The notes beneath the pieces are model-generated. The model was given only the letters and a program-made list of their open reading frames with translations. It searched no databases and was not told the DNA's origin. 64,000 nt of DNA from Escherichia phage MN01. Position numbers and translations under genes: made by a program. Shown one piece after another: positions 10,604-21,853 of this stretch (positions are counted from its first letter, which is position 1; each line of letters begins with the position of its first letter). Location: sequence record MT129652.1; one strand, 5' to 3'.

Positions 10604-11608
10604 TTAGAATTCAAAAATAATGTTAACTTCTTCTGTCTGGTCCATTGCACGAATAATTGGTGGACGGTTTTCCATATAAATCATTTCCCCAGAATGACGG
10701 TCCAAATCAATTGCATCATAGTATTCTTTGATTGCTTTGATATTTGGGTCATTAGGATGTACTTTAACTTCAAGCGGGTTGGATATAATCGATAGCTGCC
10801 GGAAGCCTTTATTCCCCGGGAGACTGAACTCTGGGAAGTAAATGGAATCCATAAATGCTTTAAATCTGATTGTATATCCTTTGATTCTGTATATTAAACC
10901 GAAATCATCTTGTTGCCAGCTGATATTGTCTTCGTAACCCCAACGTGACGGGTCTTCTTCGATTTCTTCAGGCCATGGAACAACAATATATTCGTTAGTA
11001 CAACGGTTGATGGATACATCAGGCGGAATCTCATACAAATATTCCCATAGATAACCATCGCCCATATCAACTCGTCCTTCAGTGTCACCAGTCCCTGCTG
11101 GGGCTCTCGTCGAGTTGTATTCTGCCGTCCATTTACCACCGAGTTTTAAGCACTCTTCTTTATTGATAATGGAATAAATGGAGCAAGTCCCAACATCAGG
11201 AACATCCACACAACGATAAACCATCCAACCTTTACCAACATCAGTTCGGTTATATGGAGCACTGTTAGCTACAACAATTTCCCCTACCTGGAAGTTAAGC
11301 GGATTAGGATATCTGATATCGCCCCAGTCTTTCCGTGGGACAACACAATCAAGCATTGATTTATAAACTTTGACTGCCCCCATCATATTGGTCCAAGTAT
11401 CTTCAACACCTTGTGCTGTATCAACCGGATAAGGAGGGGCGAACCCCGGGTCATTCTCATTCGAAGCCCAGGGTTCAGCACGACCGAATGTTACATACAT
11501 CGTATTCTGGTCGGGCTCGTTACCAATCATTTTATAAAAGTTATACATTTTTTCAGTTCGAAATTTCGAGGTAATTATCGAACGATAAACTACAGATGAA
11601 TTATTCAT
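10604..11608 (-). CDS. 8: baseplate wedge subunit (T4 gp8-like)
   Basis: 334 aa, identical length to T4 gp8; position. Confidence 0.85.
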   Translation of the reverse strand: MNNSSVVYRSIITSKFRTEKMYNFYKMIGNEPDQNTMYVTFGRAEPWASNENDPGFAPPYPVDTAQGVEDTWTNMMGAVKVYKSMLDCVVPRKDWGDIRYPNPLNFQVGEIVVANSAPYNRTDVGKGWMVYRCVDVPDVGTCSIYSIINKEECLKLGGKWTAEYNSTRAPAGTGDTEGRVDMGDGYLWEYLYEIPPDVSINRCTNEYIVVPWPEEIEEDPSRWGYEDNISWQQDDFGLIYRIKGYTIRFKAFMDSIYFPEFSLPGNKGFRQLSIISNPLEVKVHPNDPNIKAIKEYYDAIDLDRHSGEMIYMENRPPIIRAMDQTEEVNIIFEF

Positions 11609-14600
11609 TTACCTTTACCTGTGTAGGGTCTTTCGGGTCGCGTGGATTACCAATATCATCCTTAAGACGTTGATTAACCAAATTGCGCCAGTTAGCAAAA
11701 GTCACGGCAGACTGGTCAAACAATGGACTGTATTTTTTACGACGTTCAGACGGGAGAGTCCCATGAAAATCTGAAAAATCGTTTTCGGCATCATAATCTG
11801 CTGGTAATGGGAATGGTAAACCTGCATTAGGAGCAATATTATATACTGCTTCACCTGTAACAGGACTATGCTCAATGTTTCCATCGGCCCCAATAACTGC
11901 GATACGGTCACACCATTCTGACGGAATACCCGACGACCAACGATAGTTGTTCAGTTTATTGATAATGGTTTCTGTATGTTTTAATGACAGACCAGCATTA
12001 ACAAACATTGTCAATAATGTAATTCCAACGAATCCAAATCCAACCGGATGAACAAATCGCAATACGTCATTACGATAACGAGATGTTGGGAGACTTGATT
12101 TAATGGTCATTACATAGTAAGAACGATTTCGGTTGATATAATCGATGTTGTTGCTAAGTAATTCTTTCCCACGAACACCCTGAACAATCATGCCTTCAAA
12201 GGAAGTCCTTTCGGATTTAATTTCTTGCCCAACAATAAAGCGACCAAGTAAGTTATGAATCGTGATACGCCATCTCAATTTACCCTGTTTATAGTCACGT
12301 TCCATATAAGTAACGTTACTGCGACCAGTTGGTGTGTAAATTGTTTGTCCAACAATATCTTCGCTGATGTTATCAGATTCGACGATTATGTCATACTCGG
12401 TTCCGTTCTTGGATTCAATATCGATTTCAACGTCTTCATTATATAACAATTTGAACAAAAACTTATAGGATGCTTCAGTCCCCTTAGTTGCCCAAAAATC
12501 AGACTGTCTTGCTTCAAAGAAACGAACTACTTCGTCACGCTTGGTCTTTGACAAATATATGTTTCTTTTGTACATTTCGCTCCAAAGGTATTCCCATGCA
12601 TCTTCCTCGCGTGGGTACTGGTTGCGAATTAAGTTCAAAAGGTTGTTATAATATGTGCCAGAGCCATCACTGATAAACTGCAAATAATATTCACAGAATT
12701 TTTCAAAGTTGCTATCCTGGAGCAAATAACTATCCGGAACCATCTTTGTTAAAAGAGGACGCAAGTCTGGGTCTTTCTCTTGTTCGTCATTATCTGGGGT
12801 CCATGGAATATCATGTTCCTGGTTCTGTAATTCTGCAGTAAACATAACTTCTTTCGGTTTCCAGATTAATCTAACTTCATCACGCATACGATAGTCAAAT
12901 TCAAAATAACCAATAAGCTCTCCAGTATTTTTGTGTAACATAATACCCGAGGCGTATTTTTTAAATCCATTGAATTCGATGTTAGGAGAAGTAACTTTTA
13001 CTTGACCTTTATTCCAGTATTCGTGTACAATACGTTCAGGGGATGAACCACCAAAGGTATCGATAATCTTTTGATACAGCATGTCATTATATACAACCAG
13101 AGCTCTGTCTGATGTGGTAATCCAACAACGAGTATCATCACGACGAGACCAGTTAAAGAACGGTTCAGCATAATATGACATACGTCCAGGTTTAAACTCT
13201 TCCCAACCTGAATCTTTATTCGACCTAAAACTCATCATCAAATAATGCTTGTCGTGTATCCATTGTTCATCATACACATATTTGACTGCTTCGTTAACTT
13301 CTTCAGGATACTTAATGGGGAGTTCGGTATCTGGTTCAACGGAATAACGGAAATTACTTGAACTGATAAAAAGTTCAATTCCATCAGTTGACATGCTTGT
13401 GTAGCCATGTTCAATACGACGGCGTTCATCCTCTGTATTGCCAAAAACTCGTGTCCATGTATCAGTATCGGTATTTAATTTATAAACGCCCTTTGATAAT
13501 GAATCAATAACGTTTTCGGGTTTAGTCGGGTCTTGGCGTTCTTCCTTTACTTCACCCGTGATTAATGCAAACACTTCACCGTCAATTGAATCCATCTTAT
13601 AACAAACAGCTTTTGGGTTACCACTTATTGTGCTATATCCAGCTTCAAATAATTTTTCACCAAACGTTGGGGAGTTAGGGTCATTATCAATTGGAGCATC
13701 CGAAGATTTAGCTTTGTACACGCGGTCACGGCCGGCAACGTAAATCATGGAATCGGTGGTAGTAATTGCTTCGGCAATTGTCGAGATATATGCCGGGAGT
13801 CTTGCGTATGTGCCAAATATTTCAATATCAAATCCGAGATTGATATCCGAACCAATTTTTGCAAATGTTATATCTTGAGAACTGAATCGAACATCATCAG
13901 CAGACCATCTTATGTCACTTGATTTGCGGCCGTAAAAAATTCGGTCATATCCGAGTACGTAAGTTGTCGTATCTGATTGATAATAAATTGTGCGCGATAC
14001 CGGGTTACCGATACGGTCATTAAACAATTTTACATAATACCAGTTCTGCCCTTTATCATTGGAGACTTTGACAGTTGTCTGGAATCGTTCAAACAAATAC
14101 AGTACGCCACCAAGTTCAGCAATCATTGTACGATTAACATCATTACACACCGGCTGAATACTACCCTGAATTTCGTGATATTGGTCTTCTTTTAATACAT
14201 AGTTTGAAATTGAAGACAAATGAGAATAAGCAGGAGTAAAGCTAAAATCTTCAGACATCAGCGATGCCATAATTGCATCATTATTAAAGTTGATATAAGC
14301 CTGGTTATTGTTTGTGAATTTTTCTTCGATGAATTTATTTGTTAATGTAAATTCACGCATGTGCTCAAATGTGTATGCGTTAGTTGCAAAGGTTTCAAAT
14401 TCTTCGGTATAAACCCAATCAGATTGTTCAAAACCCATTGCTGCAACAGCAACACGCATTTTGTAAAATGATACTGGACGAATAAAATCTTGTTCGAACC
14501 ATTCATTGTCTGGAGTATAACCTAAATTCCTCCATAAAAGATTTTCTTCTGGAATAGCAACACCATTTTCTTTTGTCGTAGCAATCTCAACAAAATAATA

Positions 14601-14699
14601 AAAGTTGGCGCCAACATTATCCCATTTTATGCTAACCTGGTTAGCAGATAGTTTATCAATCCGTAAGCTGGTTACATAAGGGGCTTTAACACTCATCAT
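11601..14699 (-). CDS. 7: baseplate wedge initiator (T4 gp7-like)
   Basis: N-terminus MMSVKAPYVTSLRIDKLSANQVSIKWDNVGANFYYFVEIA matches T4 gp7; start moved to the Met preceded by AAGGA. Confidence 0.88.
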   Translation of the reverse strand: MMSVKAPYVTSLRIDKLSANQVSIKWDNVGANFYYFVEIATTKENGVAIPEENLLWRNLGYTPDNEWFEQDFIRPVSFYKMRVAVAAMGFEQSDWVYTEEFETFATNAYTFEHMREFTLTNKFIEEKFTNNNQAYINFNNDAIMASLMSEDFSFTPAYSHLSSISNYVLKEDQYHEIQGSIQPVCNDVNRTMIAELGGVLYLFERFQTTVKVSNDKGQNWYYVKLFNDRIGNPVSRTIYYQSDTTTYVLGYDRIFYGRKSSDIRWSADDVRFSSQDITFAKIGSDINLGFDIEIFGTYARLPAYISTIAEAITTTDSMIYVAGRDRVYKAKSSDAPIDNDPNSPTFGEKLFEAGYSTISGNPKAVCYKMDSIDGEVFALITGEVKEERQDPTKPENVIDSLSKGVYKLNTDTDTWTRVFGNTEDERRRIEHGYTSMSTDGIELFISSSNFRYSVEPDTELPIKYPEEVNEAVKYVYDEQWIHDKHYLMMSFRSNKDSGWEEFKPGRMSYYAEPFFNWSRRDDTRCWITTSDRALVVYNDMLYQKIIDTFGGSSPERIVHEYWNKGQVKVTSPNIEFNGFKKYASGIMLHKNTGELIGYFEFDYRMRDEVRLIWKPKEVMFTAELQNQEHDIPWTPDNDEQEKDPDLRPLLTKMVPDSYLLQDSNFEKFCEYYLQFISDGSGTYYNNLLNLIRNQYPREEDAWEYLWSEMYKRNIYLSKTKRDEVVRFFEARQSDFWATKGTEASYKFLFKLLYNEDVEIDIESKNGTEYDIIVESDNISEDIVGQTIYTPTGRSNVTYMERDYKQGKLRWRITIHNLLGRFIVGQEIKSERTSFEGMIVQGVRGKELLSNNIDYINRNRSYYVMTIKSSLPTSRYRNDVLRFVHPVGFGFVGITLLTMFVNAGLSLKHTETIINKLNNYRWSSGIPSEWCDRIAVIGADGNIEHSPVTGEAVYNIAPNAGLPFPLPADYDAENDFSDFHGTLPSERRKKYSPLFDQSAVTFANWRNLVNQRLKDDIGNPRDPKDPTQVKVNE

Positions 14700-14707
14700 G
14701 GTTTCCT

Positions 14708-14728
14708 TAAAAAGCCTCCGAAGAGGCT
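14708..14728 (-). terminator. hairpin/attenuator between genes 6 and 7
   Basis: AGCCTC-CGAA-GAGGCT hairpin plus T5 directly after the gene 6 stop and before the gene 7 Shine-Dalgarno. Confidence 0.4.
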
Positions 14729-16674
14729 TATAGTGTAATTGGTTCAAGGTCAATCTTTGTATATTGCGGACGAAGGTCATTCTCAAATACAATCAGTGAA
14801 CCATCTTGCGTGTATATATTATCTTGGTTGGGACTTGCATAAAGTTCGATTGATTGAACTTCAAAGCGTTCGGAGGTCAATCCAATCGCGGCGATATCCC
14901 AAAAAATATAATCAGAGTAATAGTCAATTTCGCCAATTGCGTAATAAACTGTTTGGTCAGCCGGAGCTTCCATTTTATTAAAGTCATCTTGTAGGTAAGG
15001 CTGGATGTTTACGTTTTCAATAACATCGCCAGGACGGAATGGACCAATTACCATTTTACCATCACCACGAGAATCTTTATCAGTTGCAACAATGCGGACG
15101 TTATAGGCTTCACCCGTGGTCGGAACAAATTCAAATTCACTTGATTCGACTGAACGGTTGCCATACTGGTTATAGTATTTAATGCCAGATTCCGGAGTCT
15201 TAAAGAAGTTCAGGACTTCACGCACCATCGAAATGGTTGCAGACGAGCCAAGAATACTATGGTCGGTATTATCCACATATGTAAGCATTTTTGACTTAGC
15301 AAAACTTCTGTTAAAGATTTCAACTTCATCGATATAATAACGGTCAATCTGATTAATGATTTGTGCTTGCAACCATTGTTCAGATTCTTGTAATTTGTTC
15401 AGCGCATAAGACACTTTGATATTATGTTTAAGGAACAAATAATCCGGAGAAATTACCGATGGTGTAATTGTTGATACGTTGAACTCGCTAAGGTAGTTCT
15501 GGATGTCCTCACGCTGCACTGCAGTGAGATACAAGCCCGATTTAGGCTTAACTGATATAAACGCATACCCAGGTTTATTTGCGTCTGTAAACGTCTGTAC
15601 GGCTTGCACGATTGAGCCAAATCTTTCGGATACGAAGGTATCATAATCCGTTCCGGTGACAGCACGCATCTGCGCCTCACGTTTAACAACAGCCAGTTCA
15701 CGGATACGTTCGATATCTTCTGGGTCACCACCGCCATCGGCACCGACATAATCAGGGTCGTTATTATAGTTTTCGGTAATTTTATCCACTGTAATATAAG
15801 ACAAAGTATCAGCATAACTGAAATCAACAGCGCCGTTTGCATCTGCCCCGGAGGTACGGAGATACTCAATAACAATTGTTGAATCTTGTACAGGTTTAAG
15901 ACCGCCAATATAGTTGGCTTCCATAACGCCACCGGCCACAGATTTGGTGGATTCACCTTCACCGAAGAAAAATTCGGTATAGCCATCGATTGTTTCACGC
16001 ATATAAAATATGGTGGAAGTCGAACCAGCGTGAACCATTGATTTGTTCGTCCAGTCATTCCACTCAACACCGTTCACGTATAACTTAACTTCTTTGCGGT
16101 CGATATCCGGGTCGCGAATAAGAATAGGTTGTTTTGGGTCATATAAAAGTTCTGTACGAATAATACGGCCCTGTGCCAGAGATACAATCGGAAGGTATTG
16201 GTTGTTAATATCTTTAACCGCGATAACGTTTGCCGTGGTAACAAAAACATAGGGGTCAGCTGATGTATCACGAGCATAAGCCAGGAATTTAGTTCCTCGT
16301 GGGATTTCAATATTCGATGGTTGCAGAGCATGAGAACATGTCAGCATAACCGAAGTTTTTGCAGCCGAGCGAGAAGATGGAAGATAACCATTATCCTGTG
16401 CAGCCTGAACAACTGAAGACCTTAAGTTTGCAGTTCCGATAAATGATTCGTAAACTGCCGTGTTAGCAAACTGTTGCATATACAATGTATTATATGCAAG
16501 CATATCAATCAGGATATTCATTCGCGAACCTACGAAATCATAATCCTTAAATTCATCCTGGCTTGATAACCAGTCGATGATGTTCTTTTTAATTTCTTCA
16601 AACGTAGCTCCCACAAATACTTTTGGGATAGCGTTAACGGTTCTTGTTAATTGGTAATTCGTAGGAGTAGCCAT
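14728..16674 (-). CDS. 6: baseplate wedge subunit (T4 gp6-like)
   Basis: 648 aa; position and size (T4 gp6 660 aa). Confidence 0.85.
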   Translation of the reverse strand: MATPTNYQLTRTVNAIPKVFVGATFEEIKKNIIDWLSSQDEFKDYDFVGSRMNILIDMLAYNTLYMQQFANTAVYESFIGTANLRSSVVQAAQDNGYLPSSRSAAKTSVMLTCSHALQPSNIEIPRGTKFLAYARDTSADPYVFVTTANVIAVKDINNQYLPIVSLAQGRIIRTELLYDPKQPILIRDPDIDRKEVKLYVNGVEWNDWTNKSMVHAGSTSTIFYMRETIDGYTEFFFGEGESTKSVAGGVMEANYIGGLKPVQDSTIVIEYLRTSGADANGAVDFSYADTLSYITVDKITENYNNDPDYVGADGGGDPEDIERIRELAVVKREAQMRAVTGTDYDTFVSERFGSIVQAVQTFTDANKPGYAFISVKPKSGLYLTAVQREDIQNYLSEFNVSTITPSVISPDYLFLKHNIKVSYALNKLQESEQWLQAQIINQIDRYYIDEVEIFNRSFAKSKMLTYVDNTDHSILGSSATISMVREVLNFFKTPESGIKYYNQYGNRSVESSEFEFVPTTGEAYNVRIVATDKDSRGDGKMVIGPFRPGDVIENVNIQPYLQDDFNKMEAPADQTVYYAIGEIDYYSDYIFWDIAAIGLTSERFEVQSIELYASPNQDNIYTQDGSLIVFENDLRPQYTKIDLEPITL

Positions 16675-16682
16675 TTTATTTC

Positions 16683-16976
16683 CTATTTTATAAAGACTTT
16701 TGACGAGGCTTGAGCCACAGTATCACCACATGAAATCGGGTCTGCCATTTGAACAGCTTTCTTACCGGTAACAAATACCTTTGATGTGCGCGGTTGTGTT
16801 ACTCCGCCATGAGTTTCATATGGTTTTTTAATTTCGGTATGCTCGGTAATAGGGTCTCCGGCAACTAATACTGGAATTCCCCCGGTGAATACTTTACCTT
16901 GAGTTGCATTAATTACAGTCGGCGGCCATGCTTCGTGACCTGCTGTAACACATTGATTAAAACTTAATCCAGCCAT
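16683..16976 (-). CDS. 5.4: baseplate spike tip PAAR-repeat protein (T4 gp5.4-like)
   Basis: 97 aa, same length as T4 gp5.4; position between genes 5 and 6. Confidence 0.8.
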   Translation of the reverse strand: MAGLSFNQCVTAGHEAWPPTVINATQGKVFTGGIPVLVAGDPITEHTEIKKPYETHGGVTQPRTSKVFVTGKKAVQMADPISCGDTVAQASSKVFIK

Positions 16977-17557
16977 TAATCCCTCGCGTATACGTATGAA
17001 CGCAATTTATCCGCCCATCTTGACCAGTTGCCAACGATAGTTTTTGTGTAAACTTTTGTCATTGTCTTTCTTACTGGAGCAGGAGGTGGGTCGGTCTCAT
17101 TAACTGTACGGCTATTACTGCCCCCAGAGTTCCCTGTGTCTCCACCAGAGCTCTCTTCTTGAAAGTCATAGGTTAGGGTTACCGTGTATGAAAAGACCTT
17201 CTGGAGACTCGCTGGGGCCCTCCAGAGATACAATTGAGTACTCTTATCGGTAGGAAGGTCTTCCCATGAACCAGCAGTTTTGAATTCATCATTAAGCCGA
17301 TATTTAAGTGCATCATCTGCAAATCCGAACACGGATTCATAAACACCATAAAGATGATTTCCCTCAACATTAATGCCAGGGGTGGCCTCATATTCAGTTA
17401 TATTTATTTCGACTAATGTTTCGTTTGTTTCTAATTGAGCTGTAAACGTAACATCGATTGAGGCTCCTTCCATGGAGTCTCCTAAGTCAGTGCTCATTGG
17501 AAGTATATTAGCCAATGTCAATCCTCGAACCATCAATAGTATATTGTCCAGACGCAA
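16976..17557 (-). CDS. conserved hypothetical protein (T4 5.1 position)
   Basis: ORF between gene 5 and 5.4; track start overlaps the gene 5 end, true start probably the internal Met near 17473 that has an AGGAGA Shine-Dalgarno. Confidence 0.6.
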   Translation of the reverse strand: MRLDNILLMVRGLTLANILPMSTDLGDSMEGASIDVTFTAQLETNETLVEINITEYEATPGINVEGNHLYGVYESVFGFADDALKYRLNDEFKTAGSWEDLPTDKSTQLYLWRAPASLQKVFSYTVTLTYDFQEESSGGDTGNSGGSNSRTVNETDPPPAPVRKTMTKVYTKTIVGNWSRWADKLRSYVYARD

Positions 17558-19250
17558 TAGAACTCATTGTGGACATTGTTTCGGACCAGTTGCCAGCTAC
17601 AGTCATATCAACGTTTCCGTTAACGGACCATTTGACATTACCGTTTACCGTATAATCATGGTTACCTTCGACCAAAGTTTTTGCATCACCTTTGACAGTT
17701 ATTTCAGCATTACCTTCGACAAGAATACTTACATTACCTTTGACAATAATTGTACCATCGCCTTCGATAGTTTTGGTTTCATTCCCTCTGATATGAATAC
17801 TTTCGTTTCCATCGGTCTGACGACGAACGTTAGCCATATTATAATAGGTTTCATCACCGCCAACGTTGACTTTATTATTCCCGCCAACATAAGTGCTTGA
17901 ATCGCCCTGGGTCATATAATAGCCATCGGCTACCGTCTTCGAAGTCTTACGACCATCTGGGGCAACTTCCTCATAGGAACCGGTCGGGTGAATCAGTCGA
18001 TAACGTTCTTGTCCTGGAGTGTTATCGAATTCCTGAACATGTCCGCCTTCAGTTTGCATTGTCTGCACGTAAGGATATTCGCCCTTGTAACTTGATTCTG
18101 GCTCTTTAAACAGAATCCTCGTATCTTCTGGAGTCCACGGGTCGGCTGGGTCGGAATTTGTAGGGGCTGCAAAGGTTTGAATCATTCTATATGAACGCCC
18201 GTTAAATGACCTTTCTTTAGGGGCCATAATACCATATGATTCCATGTTACCTGTGAGGATAATCATTGATACCCTTGATGCACGGCCTTTAGTTTGGTTA
18301 AACCATACAGAATCACGAGCGGCATCAAATGCTTTCTTATAATCTCCGGCTAACATTGCAGCGAGCATCGTTTTAAATTTAGCAAGCCCACCCAATCCCA
18401 TTTGGAAAGCCATGTTTTCAAGAGCCATTTGTCTCGAACGGTTTTCTTTATTGTAAACTGGACCCACAACACTATGCCGACCTATATCGTTTTGGACTTT
18501 TTTAAGGTCTTCTTGGAATAATTTAGAGGCCTCGTCCATTGATATTGCACCAGGGTTACCTTTAACTTCACGACCTATTTGATTAGATAATATTTTGTTT
18601 ATCTGATTCATATCTCTAATAGGTTGTGGTGCAATTAAGTGCCCTATACCTATAGTAGGATAACCTTCAGTGTCCCAATATACTTTCAGACGAAGACCTT
18701 CATCGCGGTGAAGCATATTTTCAATTGTGAAATTAGGATTATCATCTGGCTTAACTTGACTCAAATCAAGGCCGTCAGGGTTAATACCAAGGTCAAGGTT
18801 TGCATCCTGAATTACGTTCGAAGTTGCATCATAACCGACCTCACCGCCTCGGTTAAGCGCAGCAGCATCATTACCTACATAAAGTGGATATTGCCCTGTG
18901 GGGTCACTAAAACCTTCTGTTGTGTTTGCCTTCTGTCTTGATGCTGAGCCATATGTACCAAGGACCAATCCATTGAGCTTCCACTTGTCCAAAAAGTGAC
19001 CATATACTTGAGTACCCGGGACCATACCAGTCATGGCAGTTTGAATACCGGAAACCGATGCAGATGATGTTGGCATCAATACGGACATCCATGGCAGGTC
19101 TTCAGTTCTGATACCTTTTACAGGCCCTTGTGATTTCTCATATGGATGCATACCCCATACACGAACACGAACACGACCTTGTTGAAGTGGGTCCATTCGG
19201 TCTTCGACAACACCGACGAACCAACTTACACTATCTGACATATTAATCAT
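17508..19250 (-). CDS. 5: baseplate hub subunit with tail lysozyme and beta-helix (T4 gp5-like)
   Basis: 580 aa; N-terminal WFVGVVEDRMDP..GRVRVRV; central lysozyme-like block (YWDTEGYPTIGIGHLI); C-terminal repeated VxGN units. Confidence 0.9.
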   Translation of the reverse strand: MINMSDSVSWFVGVVEDRMDPLQQGRVRVRVWGMHPYEKSQGPVKGIRTEDLPWMSVLMPTSSASVSGIQTAMTGMVPGTQVYGHFLDKWKLNGLVLGTYGSASRQKANTTEGFSDPTGQYPLYVGNDAAALNRGGEVGYDATSNVIQDANLDLGINPDGLDLSQVKPDDNPNFTIENMLHRDEGLRLKVYWDTEGYPTIGIGHLIAPQPIRDMNQINKILSNQIGREVKGNPGAISMDEASKLFQEDLKKVQNDIGRHSVVGPVYNKENRSRQMALENMAFQMGLGGLAKFKTMLAAMLAGDYKKAFDAARDSVWFNQTKGRASRVSMIILTGNMESYGIMAPKERSFNGRSYRMIQTFAAPTNSDPADPWTPEDTRILFKEPESSYKGEYPYVQTMQTEGGHVQEFDNTPGQERYRLIHPTGSYEEVAPDGRKTSKTVADGYYMTQGDSSTYVGGNNKVNVGGDETYYNMANVRRQTDGNESIHIRGNETKTIEGDGTIIVKGNVSILVEGNAEITVKGDAKTLVEGNHDYTVNGNVKWSVNGNVDMTVAGNWSETMSTMSSIASGQYTIDGSRIDIG

Positions 19251-19849
19251 AATGACTTCTCCATTTCACGAATTAATGCCGAAATAAATGATTCGATATC
19301 ATTAGGGTCGATTATCTTTATTTCTCGTTTATATTCATTTTTGCGAATAGCATCTTCGTAGATATCCACTGCAGCTAATGGGCCTTCATACTGTGGGTAT
19401 AATTTGTTCTTATCACCTTTATCGTACCATGTGTATGGATTATCAGGATAAGAAACAAGATTCCAGAATTTTTCACCGTCTTCATTTACATGATAAAGAA
19501 CCTGATTACCACCTATATTCGAATAGCGTTGAATTGATGCCTGATACGATGATTCTTGCGAACATATCCAACCATAATAAGGGTCATAGATATTATTAAG
19601 CATAAGGAGAACCCAATAGAGTTGAGTATTACCATAGAGCTGATATGCAAGTTCTTCAGGTCTCGGAGCTCCGGCGATGTAATATGTTTTCGGTGTATAA
19701 TTAACCGCGACCTTATCAAAATATGCACGATAGTTTCTGAAGATGTCAGTCATTGGGATGCTTAAGACGTCTTCTTTCGTTAATGATGCCGAGTTTTTTC
19801 TGATTGTTTTAGCATCATAATCAATTGGGTTAAAAAATGAAAAAAGCAT
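19247..19849 (-). CDS. 53: baseplate wedge subunit (T4 gp53-like)
   Basis: N-terminus MLFSFFNPIDYDAK matches T4 gp53 MLFTFFDPIEY; start moved to that Met. Confidence 0.85.
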   Translation of the reverse strand: MLFSFFNPIDYDAKTIRKNSASLTKEDVLSIPMTDIFRNYRAYFDKVAVNYTPKTYYIAGAPRPEELAYQLYGNTQLYWVLLMLNNIYDPYYGWICSQESSYQASIQRYSNIGGNQVLYHVNEDGEKFWNLVSYPDNPYTWYDKGDKNKLYPQYEGPLAAVDIYEDAIRKNEYKREIKIIDPNDIESFISALIREMEKSL

Positions 19850-19861
19850 AAAGCCTCCATT

Positions 19862-19870
19862 TATAAATAA
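19862..19870 (+). promoter_or_regulatory. T4-type late promoter (TATAAATA) for gene 4, in the divergent 53/4 intergenic region
   Basis: exact TATAAATA about 28 nt upstream of the gene 4 ATG; an AATAAATA variant on the opposite strand faces gene 53. Confidence 0.5.
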
Positions 19871-19897
19871 GTATATCAATATTTATTAGGAGGCTAT

Positions 19898-20347
19898 ATG
19901 GCATACTCCGGGAAATTTAAGCCCACTAATATAGAAAAATATAAGGGCGACTGGAAGAAAATACAATACCGGTCAAGTTGGGAGGCTTGGCTGATGAGAT
20001 GGCTCGACAACCATCCGAACGTTGTTCAATGGGGTTCTGAGACTGTCATTATTCCCTACTTTAGCAATGCCGATGGTAAAAAGCGCAGATATTATATGGA
20101 TTTCTGGGTTAAGTTCGATACGGGACAACAGTTCTTTTTCGAAGTTAAGCCATTAAAAGAAACAAGACCTCCAGCCAAGCCAGTTAATAATACAGCCGCG
20201 AGTAAAAAGAGATTTATTAACGAGATGTACACCTGGAGCGTTAACTCTGACAAATGGAAAGCTGCGCAAGCTACCGCAGATAAAATGGGTATAACGTTCA
20301 GGATAATCACTGAAAACTCACTGAAAAAATTAGGATGGAAAGGATGA
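19898..20347 (+). CDS. 4: head completion protein (T4 gp4-like)
   Basis: 149 aa; [18 protein letters not shown] resembles the T4 gp4 N-terminus; position. Confidence 0.8.
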   Translation: MAYSGKFKPTNIEKYKGDWKKIQYRSSWEAWLMRWLDNHPNVVQWGSETVIIPYFSNADGKKRRYYMDFWVKFDTGQQFFFEVKPLKETRPPAKPVNNTAASKKRFINEMYTWSVNSDKWKAAQATADKMGITFRIITENSLKKLGWKG

Positions 20348-21168
20348 GTATTTTTACATTTATCAATGAATCTGCAGATAAACCAGGTCCGAAACCCAGT
20401 AAATCCGAACAACAATGGGTTGAGATAGGGGTTGAATTTTATACAGCAAAAGAAAAAGGAATGACCTCGAAGAAGTTTGCTGAAGAGAAAGGAATCAACT
20501 ATTCGACCTTTACCAAAAGCATGTCAAGATATCATTCGAGAATTCAGACTGCTTATAAAGTATCCAAGCTCAAAAAGAAACCTGCTGGTAAACTTACGAA
20601 GGCTGAACGCCAGCTGATAATGGTGAATAGCTTTAGGAAGAGCATAAGAGATAAGATTGCCAACGAAGGCGCTGCAAGCAACACCAAATCTGCCAGATGG
20701 TTCGCAGAGACAATTAAGAAATCAGTTCGCGGACACGTAACGGCTAAACCTCAACCAGGTAAACTTTATGCTTATATCTATGATGCAAAGCATAAGGATA
20801 CTCTTCCATACTGGGACAAATATCCGTTAATCATTTATCTTGGTCTAGGTAAGCATAATTTGATGTATGGTTTGAACTTGCACTATATTCCACCAAAGGC
20901 ACGTCAAGAGTTCCTTGAGGAACTTCTTAAGCAATATGCTAATACTCCTACGATTACTAACAAGACTCATCTGAAGATTGATTGGTCAAAGGTGAAGGGA
21001 TTTAAAGGGGCTGACCAGATGATTAAAGCATATATACCTGGCAATATAAAAGGTACTATCACTGAAATCAAGCCCAGCGACTGGGCAAACGTTGTTATGC
21101 TTCCGTTGCAACAATTTATGTCGAAAGGCAAAAGATTCTCTTCACAGAAAGTATGGAGAAATTCATAA
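20344..21168 (+). CDS. 2: DNA end protector protein (T4 gp2-like)
   Basis: about 274 aa basic protein; position between 4 and 3; start at the ATGA overlap with the gene 4 stop. Confidence 0.75.
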   Translation: MSIFTFINESADKPGPKPSKSEQQWVEIGVEFYTAKEKGMTSKKFAEEKGINYSTFTKSMSRYHSRIQTAYKVSKLKKKPAGKLTKAERQLIMVNSFRKSIRDKIANEGAASNTKSARWFAETIKKSVRGHVTAKPQPGKLYAYIYDAKHKDTLPYWDKYPLIIYLGLGKHNLMYGLNLHYIPPKARQEFLEELLKQYANTPTITNKTHLKIDWSKVKGFKGADQMIKAYIPGNIKGTITEIKPSDWANVVMLPLQQFMSKGKRFSSQKVWRNS

Positions 21169-21253
21169 TCTATTATCGGTCAGTGTTATTGGTAAGGACA
21201 AAAGGTCTAGAACCATTATAACACTGATTGTTTTAAAGCAAACAAGGTGCATT

Positions 21254-21853
21254 ATGTCAGGTTTATATAATCAAACTAACACGACTAACTTTATATTAGA
21301 GGTAAGCGATTCAAACCTCACACAGACCTTTAAACTCAACGTTCAAGACGTTACCCTCCCTGGAGTTCACATCCCTGTGACAGATGTCCCTGGTGGAACA
21401 CAAGGTATAAATCGCTCCAGTCTTCCTGGTAGTACAATAGAATTCGACCCGCTGATTGTTAACTTTCTGTGTGACAAAGACCTAAGAGCATGGCTTGACA
21501 TTTATAAATGGATGCTCTCGCTCAACAACTACATCACACACGAATCAAAAGCATGGCATCCGAAGGGTCGCCCCGAAGCGGTCACGCTTCATATCTTAGA
21601 TAATAACAAGGACAAAATTGTCATGTCAATCCATTACTATGGGGCATGGCCGTCCGACCTGTCAGAGATTCAGTACTCATATAAAGAAGATTCTGACCCG
21701 GCTATCAATGCAACAGCAACTTTTAACTTTAAGTCTTTTGCTGTAGAAATTGATGGTATAATAATAGAAGGTAGACCACAGATTGATAGTAATGCAGCAA
21801 TGCAACAGGAAATCAGGTCTAAGTCAATGCATCCATCTATGAGAAACGTATGA
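21254..21853 (+). CDS. 3: tail completion / tail tube terminator (T4 gp3-like)
   Basis: start moved to MSGLYNQT; position between 2 and 1. Confidence 0.75.
   Translation: MSGLYNQTNTTNFILEVSDSNLTQTFKLNVQDVTLPGVHIPVTDVPGGTQGINRSSLPGSTIEFDPLIVNFLCDKDLRAWLDIYKWMLSLNNYITHESKAWHPKGRPEAVTLHILDNNKDKIVMSIHYYGAWPSDLSEIQYSYKEDSDPAINATATFNFKSFAVEIDGIIIEGRPQIDSNAAMQQEIRSKSMHPSMRNV

Noticed and set aside
15453-16070. 205-aa minus-strand ORF
   Set aside because: Out-of-frame overlap inside the gene 6 coding region with no independent Shine-Dalgarno; gene 6 homology explains the region.
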